Shown: in pieces, positions 35,326 through 42,316 of the stretch | How positions within the stretch are numbered: the stretch's first letter is position 1 | How the letters are laid out: the number at the start of each line of letters is the position of its first letter | Source of the DNA: Gemmatimonadota bacterium | Lineage (GTDB): Bacteria > Gemmatimonadota > Gemmatimonadetes > Gemmatimonadales > GWC2-71-9 | NCBI GenBank assembly: GCA_003222195.1 | Contig: QHVB01000034.1 | Span: 12,974-76,973 of the forward strand | DNA length: 64,000 nt | Direction: 5' to 3' | Position numbers and translations under genes: made by a program | The notes under the pieces: generated by a model | Databases searched by the model: none | What the model saw: the letters and a program-made list of their open reading frames with translations, nothing else | What the model was told of the DNA's origin: nothing

Positions 35326-36192
35326 CTAGCGGCGCCGGAACCAGCCGACCGTGAACAGCTCCTTCGCGGCGGCGGCACCGTGCGTCCGGATCAAGAGGTA
35401 GACGCCGAGTACTGTCAGCAGAACCGTCGTGTAAAAGCGCCACAAGAGCAGCATCGTGAGTTGATGGCCCGGGCCGAAGTCACCCGCGAACCCGGACAGA
35501 AACGCGACTTCGATTCCGCCGCCGCCCGACGGCAGCGGCACAACCAGGGGCGCGTGGAGCAGCGCCAGCGATCCGAAGAACATGATCGCGAAGGGTGGCG
35601 CGTCGGGGTGACCCCAGACCAGGGCGGGCAATATCAGGGCGCGCGCGGCGAGACTGATGACGGTGAGAAGGGCGCCGACCAACAGCACCCACCACGGCGC
35701 CCGTCGCACGTGCGCCAGCGCGACGCGCCACTGGCGCCGCACACGGTGACGAATGGCGCCGGGTCGCACCAGCCGTTGCAATGTCCACACGACCAGCAGC
35801 ACCACCAGCGCGATGAGCTCGAAACCCAGCAAGTCCCGCGCGAGGCTGTGAGTCAGAAATCGGTCCGCGGCCGCGCTCCAATCCGGCACGTAGTACGCCG
35901 CCAATGCGAGGGCCACGATCCCAAAGACGGGCCACTCGGCGGCGACCTCTACGCCAAGCGCGACCAGCGCCAGCACGACGCGCAGGCCGGACCATGTCAT
36001 ACCGAGGAAGCGGGCCGGCTCGCCGCCAAGGCGGTTCGGCGTGAAGGTCGAGGCCGCCTCGCCGTAGAGGTTGAGCCGCAACGCATCGCGAAAACCGAGT
36101 CGCCCGCCGGCCGCCCAGGTCGCGAGCTGAATGCGCCACGCGCGGGTCGCGCAATCGACCGCGAGCAGCAGAATCGCGAGGACGTGATTCAA
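35326..36192 (-). CDS. Flippase-like / lysylphosphatidylglycerol-synthase-TM-region family membrane protein (UPF0104)
   Basis: Multi-TM protein with FRDALRLNLYGEAASTFTPNRLGGEPARF. TTG at 36192 proposed because third-position GC is poor in the first 16 codons of the ATG-36237 model, and TTG overlaps the upstream stop (TTGA). Confidence 0.65.
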   Translation of the reverse strand: MNHVLAILLLAVDCATRAWRIQLATWAAGGRLGFRDALRLNLYGEAASTFTPNRLGGEPARFLGMTWSGLRVVLALVALGVEVAAEWPVFGIVALALAAYYVPDWSAAADRFLTHSLARDLLGFELIALVVLLVVWTLQRLVRPGAIRHRVRRQWRVALAHVRRAPWWVLLVGALLTVISLAARALILPALVWGHPDAPPFAIMFFGSLALLHAPLVVPLPSGGGGIEVAFLSGFAGDFGPGHQLTMLLLWRFYTTVLLTVLGVYLLIRTHGAAAAKELFTVGWFRRR

Positions 36193-36377
36193 TCGGAGCA
36201 GTCGCCGAGGGGATAGAGGAATCCGCAATTCGGGCACGGATTCTTGCAGCCCCAGGGCTTGGGCGGGACCTCGGCTCCGCAGCGCAGGCAGCGGGGCTTC
36301 GGCTTAGACGATCCGGTCGACGCCGGTGAGGAAGGGATTCGTGCGGCGCTCCCGTCCGATGGTGGTTTCGGGTCCAT
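36189..36377 (-). CDS. Small zinc-ribbon protein (two CxxC pairs)
   Basis: C-terminus KPRCLRCGAEVPPKPWGCKNPCPNCGFLYPLGDCSD. High third-position GC in this frame across 36189-36303. The only canonical start (36377) overlaps the gloB-like gene by 74 nt, so the true start is unresolved. Confidence 0.4.
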   Translation of the reverse strand: MDPKPPSDGSAARIPSSPASTGSSKPKPRCLRCGAEVPPKPWGCKNPCPNCGFLYPLGDCSD

Positions 36378-36945
36378 GTCCGCTGTACACGATGGTGTCG
36401 TCCGAAAGAGGGAGCAACTCGCGCTCGATACTCGCGATCAATGTCTCGAAATCGGCGCCCGGCAGGTCGGTTCTGCCGATCGACCCGGCGAACAACACGT
36501 CCCCGCTCAACACCACGCCCGGTCCCACCAGGCACACGCTGCCGGGCGAGTGACCGGGCGCATGCCGCGCTTCGAAATCCAGACCGCCCACCGAGAGCCG
36601 CGCTCCGGGCGCGATCTCGTGGTCGGGCGGCGGAAGTGATCCGGGAGGCGCAAGCCCAAACCAGGCCGCCTGTTCGGGCACGGCGTCATACAGCGGGCGG
36701 TCAGCGGGATGCAGCCACACTGGCGCGCCAGTTTCGGCGGCGATCCTGGGAACGCCGAGGACATGGTCGATGTGCGCGTGCGTGAGCCAGATCGCGACGG
36801 GCTTCGTGCCCGTTTCCTTCACTGTGTGAAGAATCAGCCCGGCTTCCTCGCCCGGATCGACGATGGCACACTCCCCCGCGTGCGCGTCCACGACGAGGTA
36901 GCAGTTCTCGGCGAACATGCCGTTGGGGATCTGGACGATCTTCAT
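36304..36945 (-). CDS. MBL-fold hydrolase (hydroxyacylglutathione hydrolase-like)
   Basis: THAHIDH metal motif and HAPGHSPG. 213 aa. Confidence 0.85.
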   Translation of the reverse strand: MKIVQIPNGMFAENCYLVVDAHAGECAIVDPGEEAGLILHTVKETGTKPVAIWLTHAHIDHVLGVPRIAAETGAPVWLHPADRPLYDAVPEQAAWFGLAPPGSLPPPDHEIAPGARLSVGGLDFEARHAPGHSPGSVCLVGPGVVLSGDVLFAGSIGRTDLPGADFETLIASIERELLPLSDDTIVYSGHGPETTIGRERRTNPFLTGVDRIV

Positions 36946-37907
36946 TTCTTGGCCTTCCCGTCGCCTTCCCGGAGTCCCTTGAGAAACTTCTCGACTGCTA
37001 TCGCAGCGGTCGTCGCGTCGCCGACCGCCGTGGTGATTTGCCGCGTGACCTGACTGCGCACATCCCCCGCGGCGAAGAGACCCGCCATCGAGGTCATCAT
37101 CCGGTTGTCGGTGATCAGATAGCCGCCGGCATCGTGATCGACGTGCCCGTCCACAAGCTGCGTGTTCGGCTTGAACCCCGCGAAGATGAACACCCCCCCG
37201 ACATCGAGGTTGGAACGCATGCCGGTCGAGTTGTCCTCGAGTACGGCGTGGGTGACGCCTGTGTCGTTGCCGACGATTTCCGGGACGACGGTGTTGCGGA
37301 TGACTTCGATCTTGGGATTGGAGAACGCGCGCTCCTGCAGCAGCTGCGAGGCGCGGAATTCGTCGCGCCGATGCACGAGATGCACCTTGCTGGCGTAGCG
37401 CGTGAGGTAGTCGGCCTCCTCGACGGCGGCGTCGCCCCCGCCCACCACGGCGAGGCGCTCGCCCCTGAAGAACGCGCCGTCGCAGACCGCGCAGTACGAG
37501 ACGCCCTTCCCGGCATATTCTTTCTCGCCCGGGATGCCGAGCTTCACCGGCGTGCCGCCTGCAGTGAGAATAACCGCCTGACTCCGGTAGGAATCGCCGC
37601 GGGCCGTCTCGACGTCAAACCAGCCGTCCGCGTCGCGGTGGATGCGCTCGACCATATCGGTCACGATCTCGGCGCCGAACTGCTTGGCGTGCTCCGTCAT
37701 CTTCTGCGCCAGCTCCCACCCCTTGACGCTCTCGAACCCGATGTAGTCTTCGATCAGATCGGTGTTGAGGAGCTCGCCGCCAGGGGCGCCGCGCTCGATC
37801 GTCACCGCCTTGAGCAAGCCCCGGCCCGCATACAGCGCGGCGCACAGCCCGGCGGGACCAGCCCCGACGATGACGACATCGTAGATGAGCGCGACACGTT
37901 TAGTCAT
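36942..37907 (-). CDS. trxB: Thioredoxin-disulfide reductase
   Basis: YDVVIVGAGPAGL, redox-active CAVCDG, VVGGGDAAVEEA. ATG at 37907 avoids overlap with the upstream gene. Confidence 0.92.
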   Translation of the reverse strand: MTKRVALIYDVVIVGAGPAGLCAALYAGRGLLKAVTIERGAPGGELLNTDLIEDYIGFESVKGWELAQKMTEHAKQFGAEIVTDMVERIHRDADGWFDVETARGDSYRSQAVILTAGGTPVKLGIPGEKEYAGKGVSYCAVCDGAFFRGERLAVVGGGDAAVEEADYLTRYASKVHLVHRRDEFRASQLLQERAFSNPKIEVIRNTVVPEIVGNDTGVTHAVLEDNSTGMRSNLDVGGVFIFAGFKPNTQLVDGHVDHDAGGYLITDNRMMTSMAGLFAAGDVRSQVTRQITTAVGDATTAAIAVEKFLKGLREGDGKAKK

Positions 37908-39006
37908 GTGCTCGGAATTCCAGTCGCGGGGGATCACCCTCCCCCGCCAGGGCGCGCGCCAACTGGGCGCGAAATTCTACGGTTTCGAATTCGATCTCGG
38001 GTCGCTGCGGACCGGCCAGCTTCTCGAGCGCTGCCGCTCCAACGACCACCGTCCCGTGACGGTTCCCGCGGGCCCGGTGCAGCAGCGCGGCCGCGGCTTG
38101 AATGAAGCCCTGCCAGACCTGCGCCTCTTCCTTCTTAATAATAGAACGCCAGACTGTTTCCAACGCTTCGTGCGCTAACCAGAACTCCCTGCGATTGAAT
38201 AGGTCCTGAGCATGGACCAGGTAGCGCTGGCGATCCTCGGGTGTCACGTGCGTCGTGCGTCGTGCGTCGTGCGTCGTGCGTGGACCGACCCGCAAGAGGT
38301 TGAGCGCCCCATGACAGCTGGAGATCGTCCCAACGAGCACGTCGGCCTCGCCGGAAGCGCCGGCCTCCTCGACCAGCCGGTCCCCTTCGCGAACCGACTC
38401 CGCCGAGAACATCCCCACGCCGAAGACTTGATGCTTGCACACAAACAGCGCCGGCCCGCGCACTTGCCGACCGCCGGCCCGCAGCCGTGCTGCAAGCTCG
38501 CGGACCGTATCCCCCATCTCCCACGTGCGCTGGGCGCCGATCGCCGGGCAAAGCGCCGGCTCGATGCAATGGGTCGGGCAGACCCAGTCCGCCCACGAGA
38601 CGTAGCGCGTCGCATCCGGGCCGCCACCGGCGCGATCATACGGCGTCGGAACGTCGCCGGGTACCGGCTCGACCGATACGGATCGGGTGGGCCAGCGTTC
38701 CAGCGCCCGGCGAAGCACCCACTCGAACATGAGATGCGGCATGTGGGGCGAGGGGACGATCTGGTCGTCGGTCGGACTGTCGGACGGTCGGACGGTGAGA
38801 AACCGATCGAAGAATGCGGTCCACTCCGATACAACGAATGCGCGATCGGGACTCTCTCCGAGCTCACGACGCGCCCGGCACTCTGGATTCCGATCCACCA
38901 CTATGACCTTGCGATAGTCGGTCTTGCCGCGCGCTTTGGCTTTCGCGAGCTGAGACGCGTAGAACGTCCCATAGCACCCGCCACCGACGACGACGACGTC
39001 CCTCAG
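37900..39006 (-). CDS. Conserved hypothetical: N-terminal dinucleotide-binding domain + Cys cluster + C-terminal DUF309 domain
   Basis: The frame stays open upstream of ORF-track start 38901 and encodes (M)RDVVVVGGGCYGTFYASQLAKAKARGKTDYRKVIVVD. The only start-like codon is CTG at 39004-39006, overlapping the SDR stop (CTGA). The C-terminus LFNRREFWLAHEALE...WQGFIQAAAALLH is DUF309-like. Confidence 0.6.
   Translation of the reverse strand: MRDVVVVGGGCYGTFYASQLAKAKARGKTDYRKVIVVDRNPECRARRELGESPDRAFVVSEWTAFFDRFLTVRPSDSPTDDQIVPSPHMPHLMFEWVLRRALERWPTRSVSVEPVPGDVPTPYDRAGGGPDATRYVSWADWVCPTHCIEPALCPAIGAQRTWEMGDTVRELAARLRAGGRQVRGPALFVCKHQVFGVGMFSAESVREGDRLVEEAGASGEADVLVGTISSCHGALNLLRVGPRTTHDARRTTHVTPEDRQRYLVHAQDLFNRREFWLAHEALETVWRSIIKKEEAQVWQGFIQAAAALLHRARGNRHGTVVVGAAALEKLAGPQRPEIEFETVEFRAQLARALAGEGDPPRLEFRAHD
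38248..38282. repeat. Heptanucleotide tandem repeat (GTGCGTC)x4 + GTGCGTG inside the CDS
   Basis: Read directly at 38248-38282. Encodes TTHDARRTTH on the minus strand, between the N-terminal domain and DUF309. Confidence 0.9.
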
Positions 39007-39734
39007 CGGAGGAGTCTCCCTCCATCGACGACGAGGATCGTGCCGGTCGCGTAATCCGTTCCCGCCAGGAGAAATCGCAACGCGGCCACGACGTCCGCGG
39101 GAGAGCCGATGCGCTCGAGCGGGGTCGTTTCGCGAATGTGCTCCCGCGACTGGGTATCCCAGTCGTCGGGCAGGAGCACAGCCCCGGGCGCGATCGCATT
39201 GACGGCAATATCGGGCGCCAGGGCGCGCGCGAGCGCCTTGGTCAGCATCACGACCCCCGCCTTACTGACGCTGTGCGGGATGTACGTCGGCCACGGCTCC
39301 AGACCCGCGAGATCCGCGAGGTTGACGATCTTGCCCTTGGTGCGGCGCAGATGCGGGATGGCGCCCTGGGAGACGAAAAAGATGGCGCGCAGGTTGAGAT
39401 CGAGCGTCGCGTCCCAGCTCTCGGGCGTCACCGTTTCCACCGATTGGCGTACCATGATGGCCGCCGAGTTGACCACGATGTCGAGGCGCTGCAACGCGCG
39501 GGCGGCTTGATCGGCCAGGCCCCGCGCGGCGCTGGGGTCACGCAGGTCGGCCGACACCAGCGCGGCCCGGCGACCGGCCTTCCGCACCGCCAGCGCCGTC
39601 TCTTCGGCACCCTTCGCGGAACCATGATAATGCACGGCGACGTCGCAGCCGGACTCCGCGAGTCCGATGGCGATCGCCTGACCGATCCGCCGCCCTGCCC
39701 CAGTAACGAGTGCCGCCGCGCCTTCGAGCCGCAC
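39003..39734 (-). CDS. Short-chain dehydrogenase/reductase
   Basis: ALVTGAGRRIGQAIA, NSAA, YSVSKAG catalytic motif. GTG start shares 1 nt with the upstream TAG. Confidence 0.85.
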   Translation of the reverse strand: MRLEGAAALVTGAGRRIGQAIAIGLAESGCDVAVHYHGSAKGAEETALAVRKAGRRAALVSADLRDPSAARGLADQAARALQRLDIVVNSAAIMVRQSVETVTPESWDATLDLNLRAIFFVSQGAIPHLRRTKGKIVNLADLAGLEPWPTYIPHSVSKAGVVMLTKALARALAPDIAVNAIAPGAVLLPDDWDTQSREHIRETTPLERIGSPADVVAALRFLLAGTDYATGTILVVDGGRLLR

Positions 39735-40456
39735 TAGTACGCTTTTCCGGTAATGGGAACGATCTGGCCGGTGATCGCGCTGGCTTCGTCACTCGCCAGA
39801 AACAGAACCGTGTTCACGACTTCTTCCAACTCGACGAGTGGTTGCGTATCGCCCATCTGTGCCACGTTGTCGGCGGTGCGGACGGTCGCTGGCGCCACCG
39901 CGTTCACGCGGATGTTGGCATCGCGGTATTCGCGCGCCAGCTCGCGGGTGAGTCCGGCGACGGCTGACTTTGCCGCGCTGTACGCGGACATGTACATGAG
40001 CGACCGCACCACGGCGATCGATGCGAAGTTGACGATCGCGCCGCCCCCGCGCGTGAGCAGGAGGGGGACGGCGGCCTGACACATGTAGAAGGCGGTCTTG
40101 AAGTTGACGGACAGCTCACGATCGAGGATCTCGGGCTTGACCTCCGTGAACGGACCATAGCTGAAAAAGCCGCCCGCGACGTTCACCACGACGTCGAGGC
40201 CGCCAAACTGCGCCTGCGCCATGGCGGTCGCGGCGCGCGCGGCCTCGGGTTGCGTCAGGTCGCCGGCCGAGGCTTTCGCGGCGATCCCTTCCGCCCCGAA
40301 CTCCTTGACCCGATCCGCGAGCCCGACGGCGTTGACGTCGGCGAGCAGCAGCTTCCCGCCGGCGCGGCCGATACCGCGGGCCACCGCATGACCGATTTGT
40401 CCGACCCGGCCCACGCCGGTGACGAGGACAACCTTGCCGTGCAAATCAGGCGGCAC
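39734..40456 (-). CDS. Short-chain dehydrogenase/reductase
   Basis: VVLVTGVGRVGQIGHAVA, NVAG, YSAAKSA catalytic motif. Confidence 0.85.
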   Translation of the reverse strand: MPPDLHGKVVLVTGVGRVGQIGHAVARGIGRAGGKLLLADVNAVGLADRVKEFGAEGIAAKASAGDLTQPEAARAATAMAQAQFGGLDVVVNVAGGFFSYGPFTEVKPEILDRELSVNFKTAFYMCQAAVPLLLTRGGGAIVNFASIAVVRSLMYMSAYSAAKSAVAGLTRELAREYRDANIRVNAVAPATVRTADNVAQMGDTQPLVELEEVVNTVLFLASDEASAITGQIVPITGKAY

Positions 40457-40883
40457 GGACGATGTCGTCTACGGGAGGGGCGCCGCGCTGCGCAAAGCGC
40501 ACGGTGCCGTCGCGGCCGATCACATACACCGTGCGCTGAATCCGCTGGCCATCTTCCCTCAGCGCGTTGTACGCCCCGGCGATCGTGCGCTCGGGATCCG
40601 AGAGCAGCGGGAAGTTGAACTGAAACTTGTCGACGTAGCCGCGATGACTCTCCACGCTCGCGGGATTCACGCCCAGCGGCTGCATTTTGGCTGACTCGAA
40701 TTTGGCTATCTCATCGCGCACGGCGGAGAGTTGGCGGTTTCAGCCGGGCGTGTTGTTGCCCGGGTAGAAAACCAGCGCCACCGGTCCGTTCTTCAAGAGA
40801 TCGGCCAGGGCGTAGGTCCGGCCGTCCGAGGCCGGAGCCTTGAACGCGGGTGCCTTACTACCGATCGGAAGCGGCTCGCTCAT
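40446..40883 (-). CDS. Bcp/PrxQ-type peroxiredoxin with in-frame TGA (candidate selenocysteine) at the peroxidatic position
   Basis: ORFs 40740..41144 (from ATG 40883) and 40446..40721 share one frame. The joined product ...VALVFYPGNNTPG-U-NRQLSAVRDEIAKFESAKMQPLGVNPASVESHRGYVDKFQFNFPLLSDPERTIAGAYNAL... is colinear with Bcp. TGA at 40740-40742 replaces the Cys of TPGC. Confidence 0.7.
40709..40729 (-). promoter_or_regulatory. Candidate bacterial SECIS hairpin
   Basis: mRNA +14 to +34 from the U of UGA is UCUC-CGC-CGUGC-GCG-AU-GAGA. That gives a 4-bp lower stem, a 3-bp upper stem, a 3'-side AU bulge, and apical loop CGUGC with G22/U23. As I recall, the E. coli fdhF SECIS has G23/U24. Folded by hand only. 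Confidence 0.4.
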
Positions 40884-41838
40884 CGCGTTTCCTCGTGGTG
40901 AGCTCGAGACGGTGCTCGAGCTGTTCCAGCCAGGCGTCCGGGACGCGCATGCCGCCGAGCGGCGCATGCGACTCCCCGTACTCGCTCTCCCCGTGCCAAT
41001 CGGACCCGCCCGTGATGCCGAGTCCGAGCCGCTCGGCGATGCGCGTGAGCCTCTGCTCGACGGCGGGGGCGTGACTGGGATGGCGGACCTCGACGCAGTC
41101 GAGTCCCTGGTCCTGAAAGATGCGGATCTGCGCCTCCGTCCCACGATCGCCCAGATGCGCCGCGGCGGTGAGTCCGCCCACGTGGTGCACCAGATCCGTC
41201 ACGTCGGCGAGCTTGGGGAGGGGCTTCTCGACGTAAGCGGCACGGCCACGGCCGAGGTAGCGGCGAAATGCGTCGCCGATGTCGTCGCAGGCGCCGCAGT
41301 CGACCAGCGCGCGCGCCACGTGAGGCCGGCCCAACGCGCCGCCGTCCCCGCCGGAAAGTTGTGCGTGCACGTCGTCGAGGTCGATGGCCACGCCGAGGCC
41401 CTGCAGCTTGGCGACGATCTGCTCGCCGCGGCGCCGGCGCGCGGCCCGCGTGTCGCGCAGGAAAGTTTGCAGCCGCTCGTTCTCATGGGGCAGGAACAGC
41501 GCCAAGACGTGCAGCTCCCCCCAGGGGGCGCGGACGCTGAACTCGCAGCCGGCAATGACGCGCACACCGAGCTTCGTCGCCTCGTGCCTCGCATCGGCAA
41601 CGCCGTCGGTCGTGTCGTGGTCAGTGAGCGCGATCGCCGCAAGATCCACCGCACGGGCACGACGCGCTACCTCCGCCGGCTCGCACTCGCCGTCGGACGC
41701 GGTCGAATGGCAATGCAGGTCAATGTGCGTCGTAATCGGCCTCGGGCGCGGTCCACGCGGGCTGCGACTGGCGCAACAGCTCGAGGAGCTCGCGGTCCGG
41801 CAGCTCCGCGAAGGCCCGGTCCGGCGAGCGGGAGCCAA
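40858..41838 (-). CDS. PHP-domain phosphoesterase (TrpH/YciV-like)
   Basis: HIDLHCHSTASDG, LTDHDT, H..H metal ligands. The only canonical start is TTG at 41838 (119-nt overlap with the upstream ORF). The true start may be non-canonical, nearer 41736. Confidence 0.75.
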   Translation of the reverse strand: MAPARRTGPSRSCRTASSSSCCASRSPRGPRPRPITTHIDLHCHSTASDGECEPAEVARRARAVDLAAIALTDHDTTDGVADARHEATKLGVRVIAGCEFSVRAPWGELHVLALFLPHENERLQTFLRDTRAARRRRGEQIVAKLQGLGVAIDLDDVHAQLSGGDGGALGRPHVARALVDCGACDDIGDAFRRYLGRGRAAYVEKPLPKLADVTDLVHHVGGLTAAAHLGDRGTEAQIRIFQDQGLDCVEVRHPSHAPAVEQRLTRIAERLGLGITGGSDWHGESEYGESHAPLGGMRVPDAWLEQLEHRLELTTRKRDERAASDR

Positions 41839-41989
41839 GCGGCGAGTAATGCGTGACGCGCCGGCGACGCTGCGGTCCCGTGCCGTGCTCGAAGATCAGG
41901 CCGAACTGATCGCGCCCGTACACGGTCACGCGACCGGAGGGGTAGACCTCCCAACGAGCGCCATCGACGGTGATGATACGCCGAGCCAT
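41720..41989 (-). CDS. Hypothetical protein (89 aa)
   Basis: ATG start with good third-position GC bias. MARRIITVDGARWEVYPSGRVTVYGRDQFGLIFEHG. No family recognised. Confidence 0.5.
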   Translation of the reverse strand: MARRIITVDGARWEVYPSGRVTVYGRDQFGLIFEHGTGPQRRRRVTHYSPLGSRSPDRAFAELPDRELLELLRQSQPAWTAPEADYDAH

Positions 41990-41995
41990 GGGCGC

Positions 41996-42316
41996 CTACG
42001 CCTGTGAGGTGGTGGCGACGGGAACCTCGCTCCACAGCTCCCAGGCGTCGGGCGCGTACGTCGCCAGCGCCTGGAGCCGGCGCTCGAGCTTGATTTCCTC
42101 GGGAAGCCGCGAGGCCTGCGCGCGGTGCGACATCTCCGTCGGGCTCTCCGAAAACTCGATGAACAGCCGCGGGTCCTTGGCGTTCCGGAACAGCCAGATC
42201 CGCTGGCCGCGCGCCTCCGCGAACTGGCTCAGCTCGCGCAGCGTGTTGACGTACTCCGTCTCGTTCTGGCTGGGCACGCGCACGCGCGCCGCGGTCAAGA
42301 CTTTCGGCATGCTCAC
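41996..42316 (-). CDS. Hypothetical protein (106 aa), possibly small alpha+beta barrel
   Basis: 4-nt overlap with the E2 stop. MSMPKVLTAARVRVPSQNETEYVNTLRELSQFAEARGQRIWLFRNAKDPRLFIEFSE. No family recognised. Confidence 0.5.
   Translation of the reverse strand: MSMPKVLTAARVRVPSQNETEYVNTLRELSQFAEARGQRIWLFRNAKDPRLFIEFSESPTEMSHRAQASRLPEEIKLERRLQALATYAPDAWELWSEVPVATTSQA

Noticed and set aside
35480-36535. 351-aa minus-strand ORF spanning the membrane protein, zinc-ribbon and gloB regions
   Set aside because: Arg/Pro/Gly-rich alternate-frame ORF crossing three better-supported genes.
40740-40742. TGA in the peroxiredoxin as a plain inactivating nonsense mutation
   Set aside because: Considered, but it hits exactly the catalytic Cys codon, both flanks remain intact and in frame, and a hairpin lies at SECIS distance. 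Kept as the alternative hypothesis in the finding rather than the primary call.
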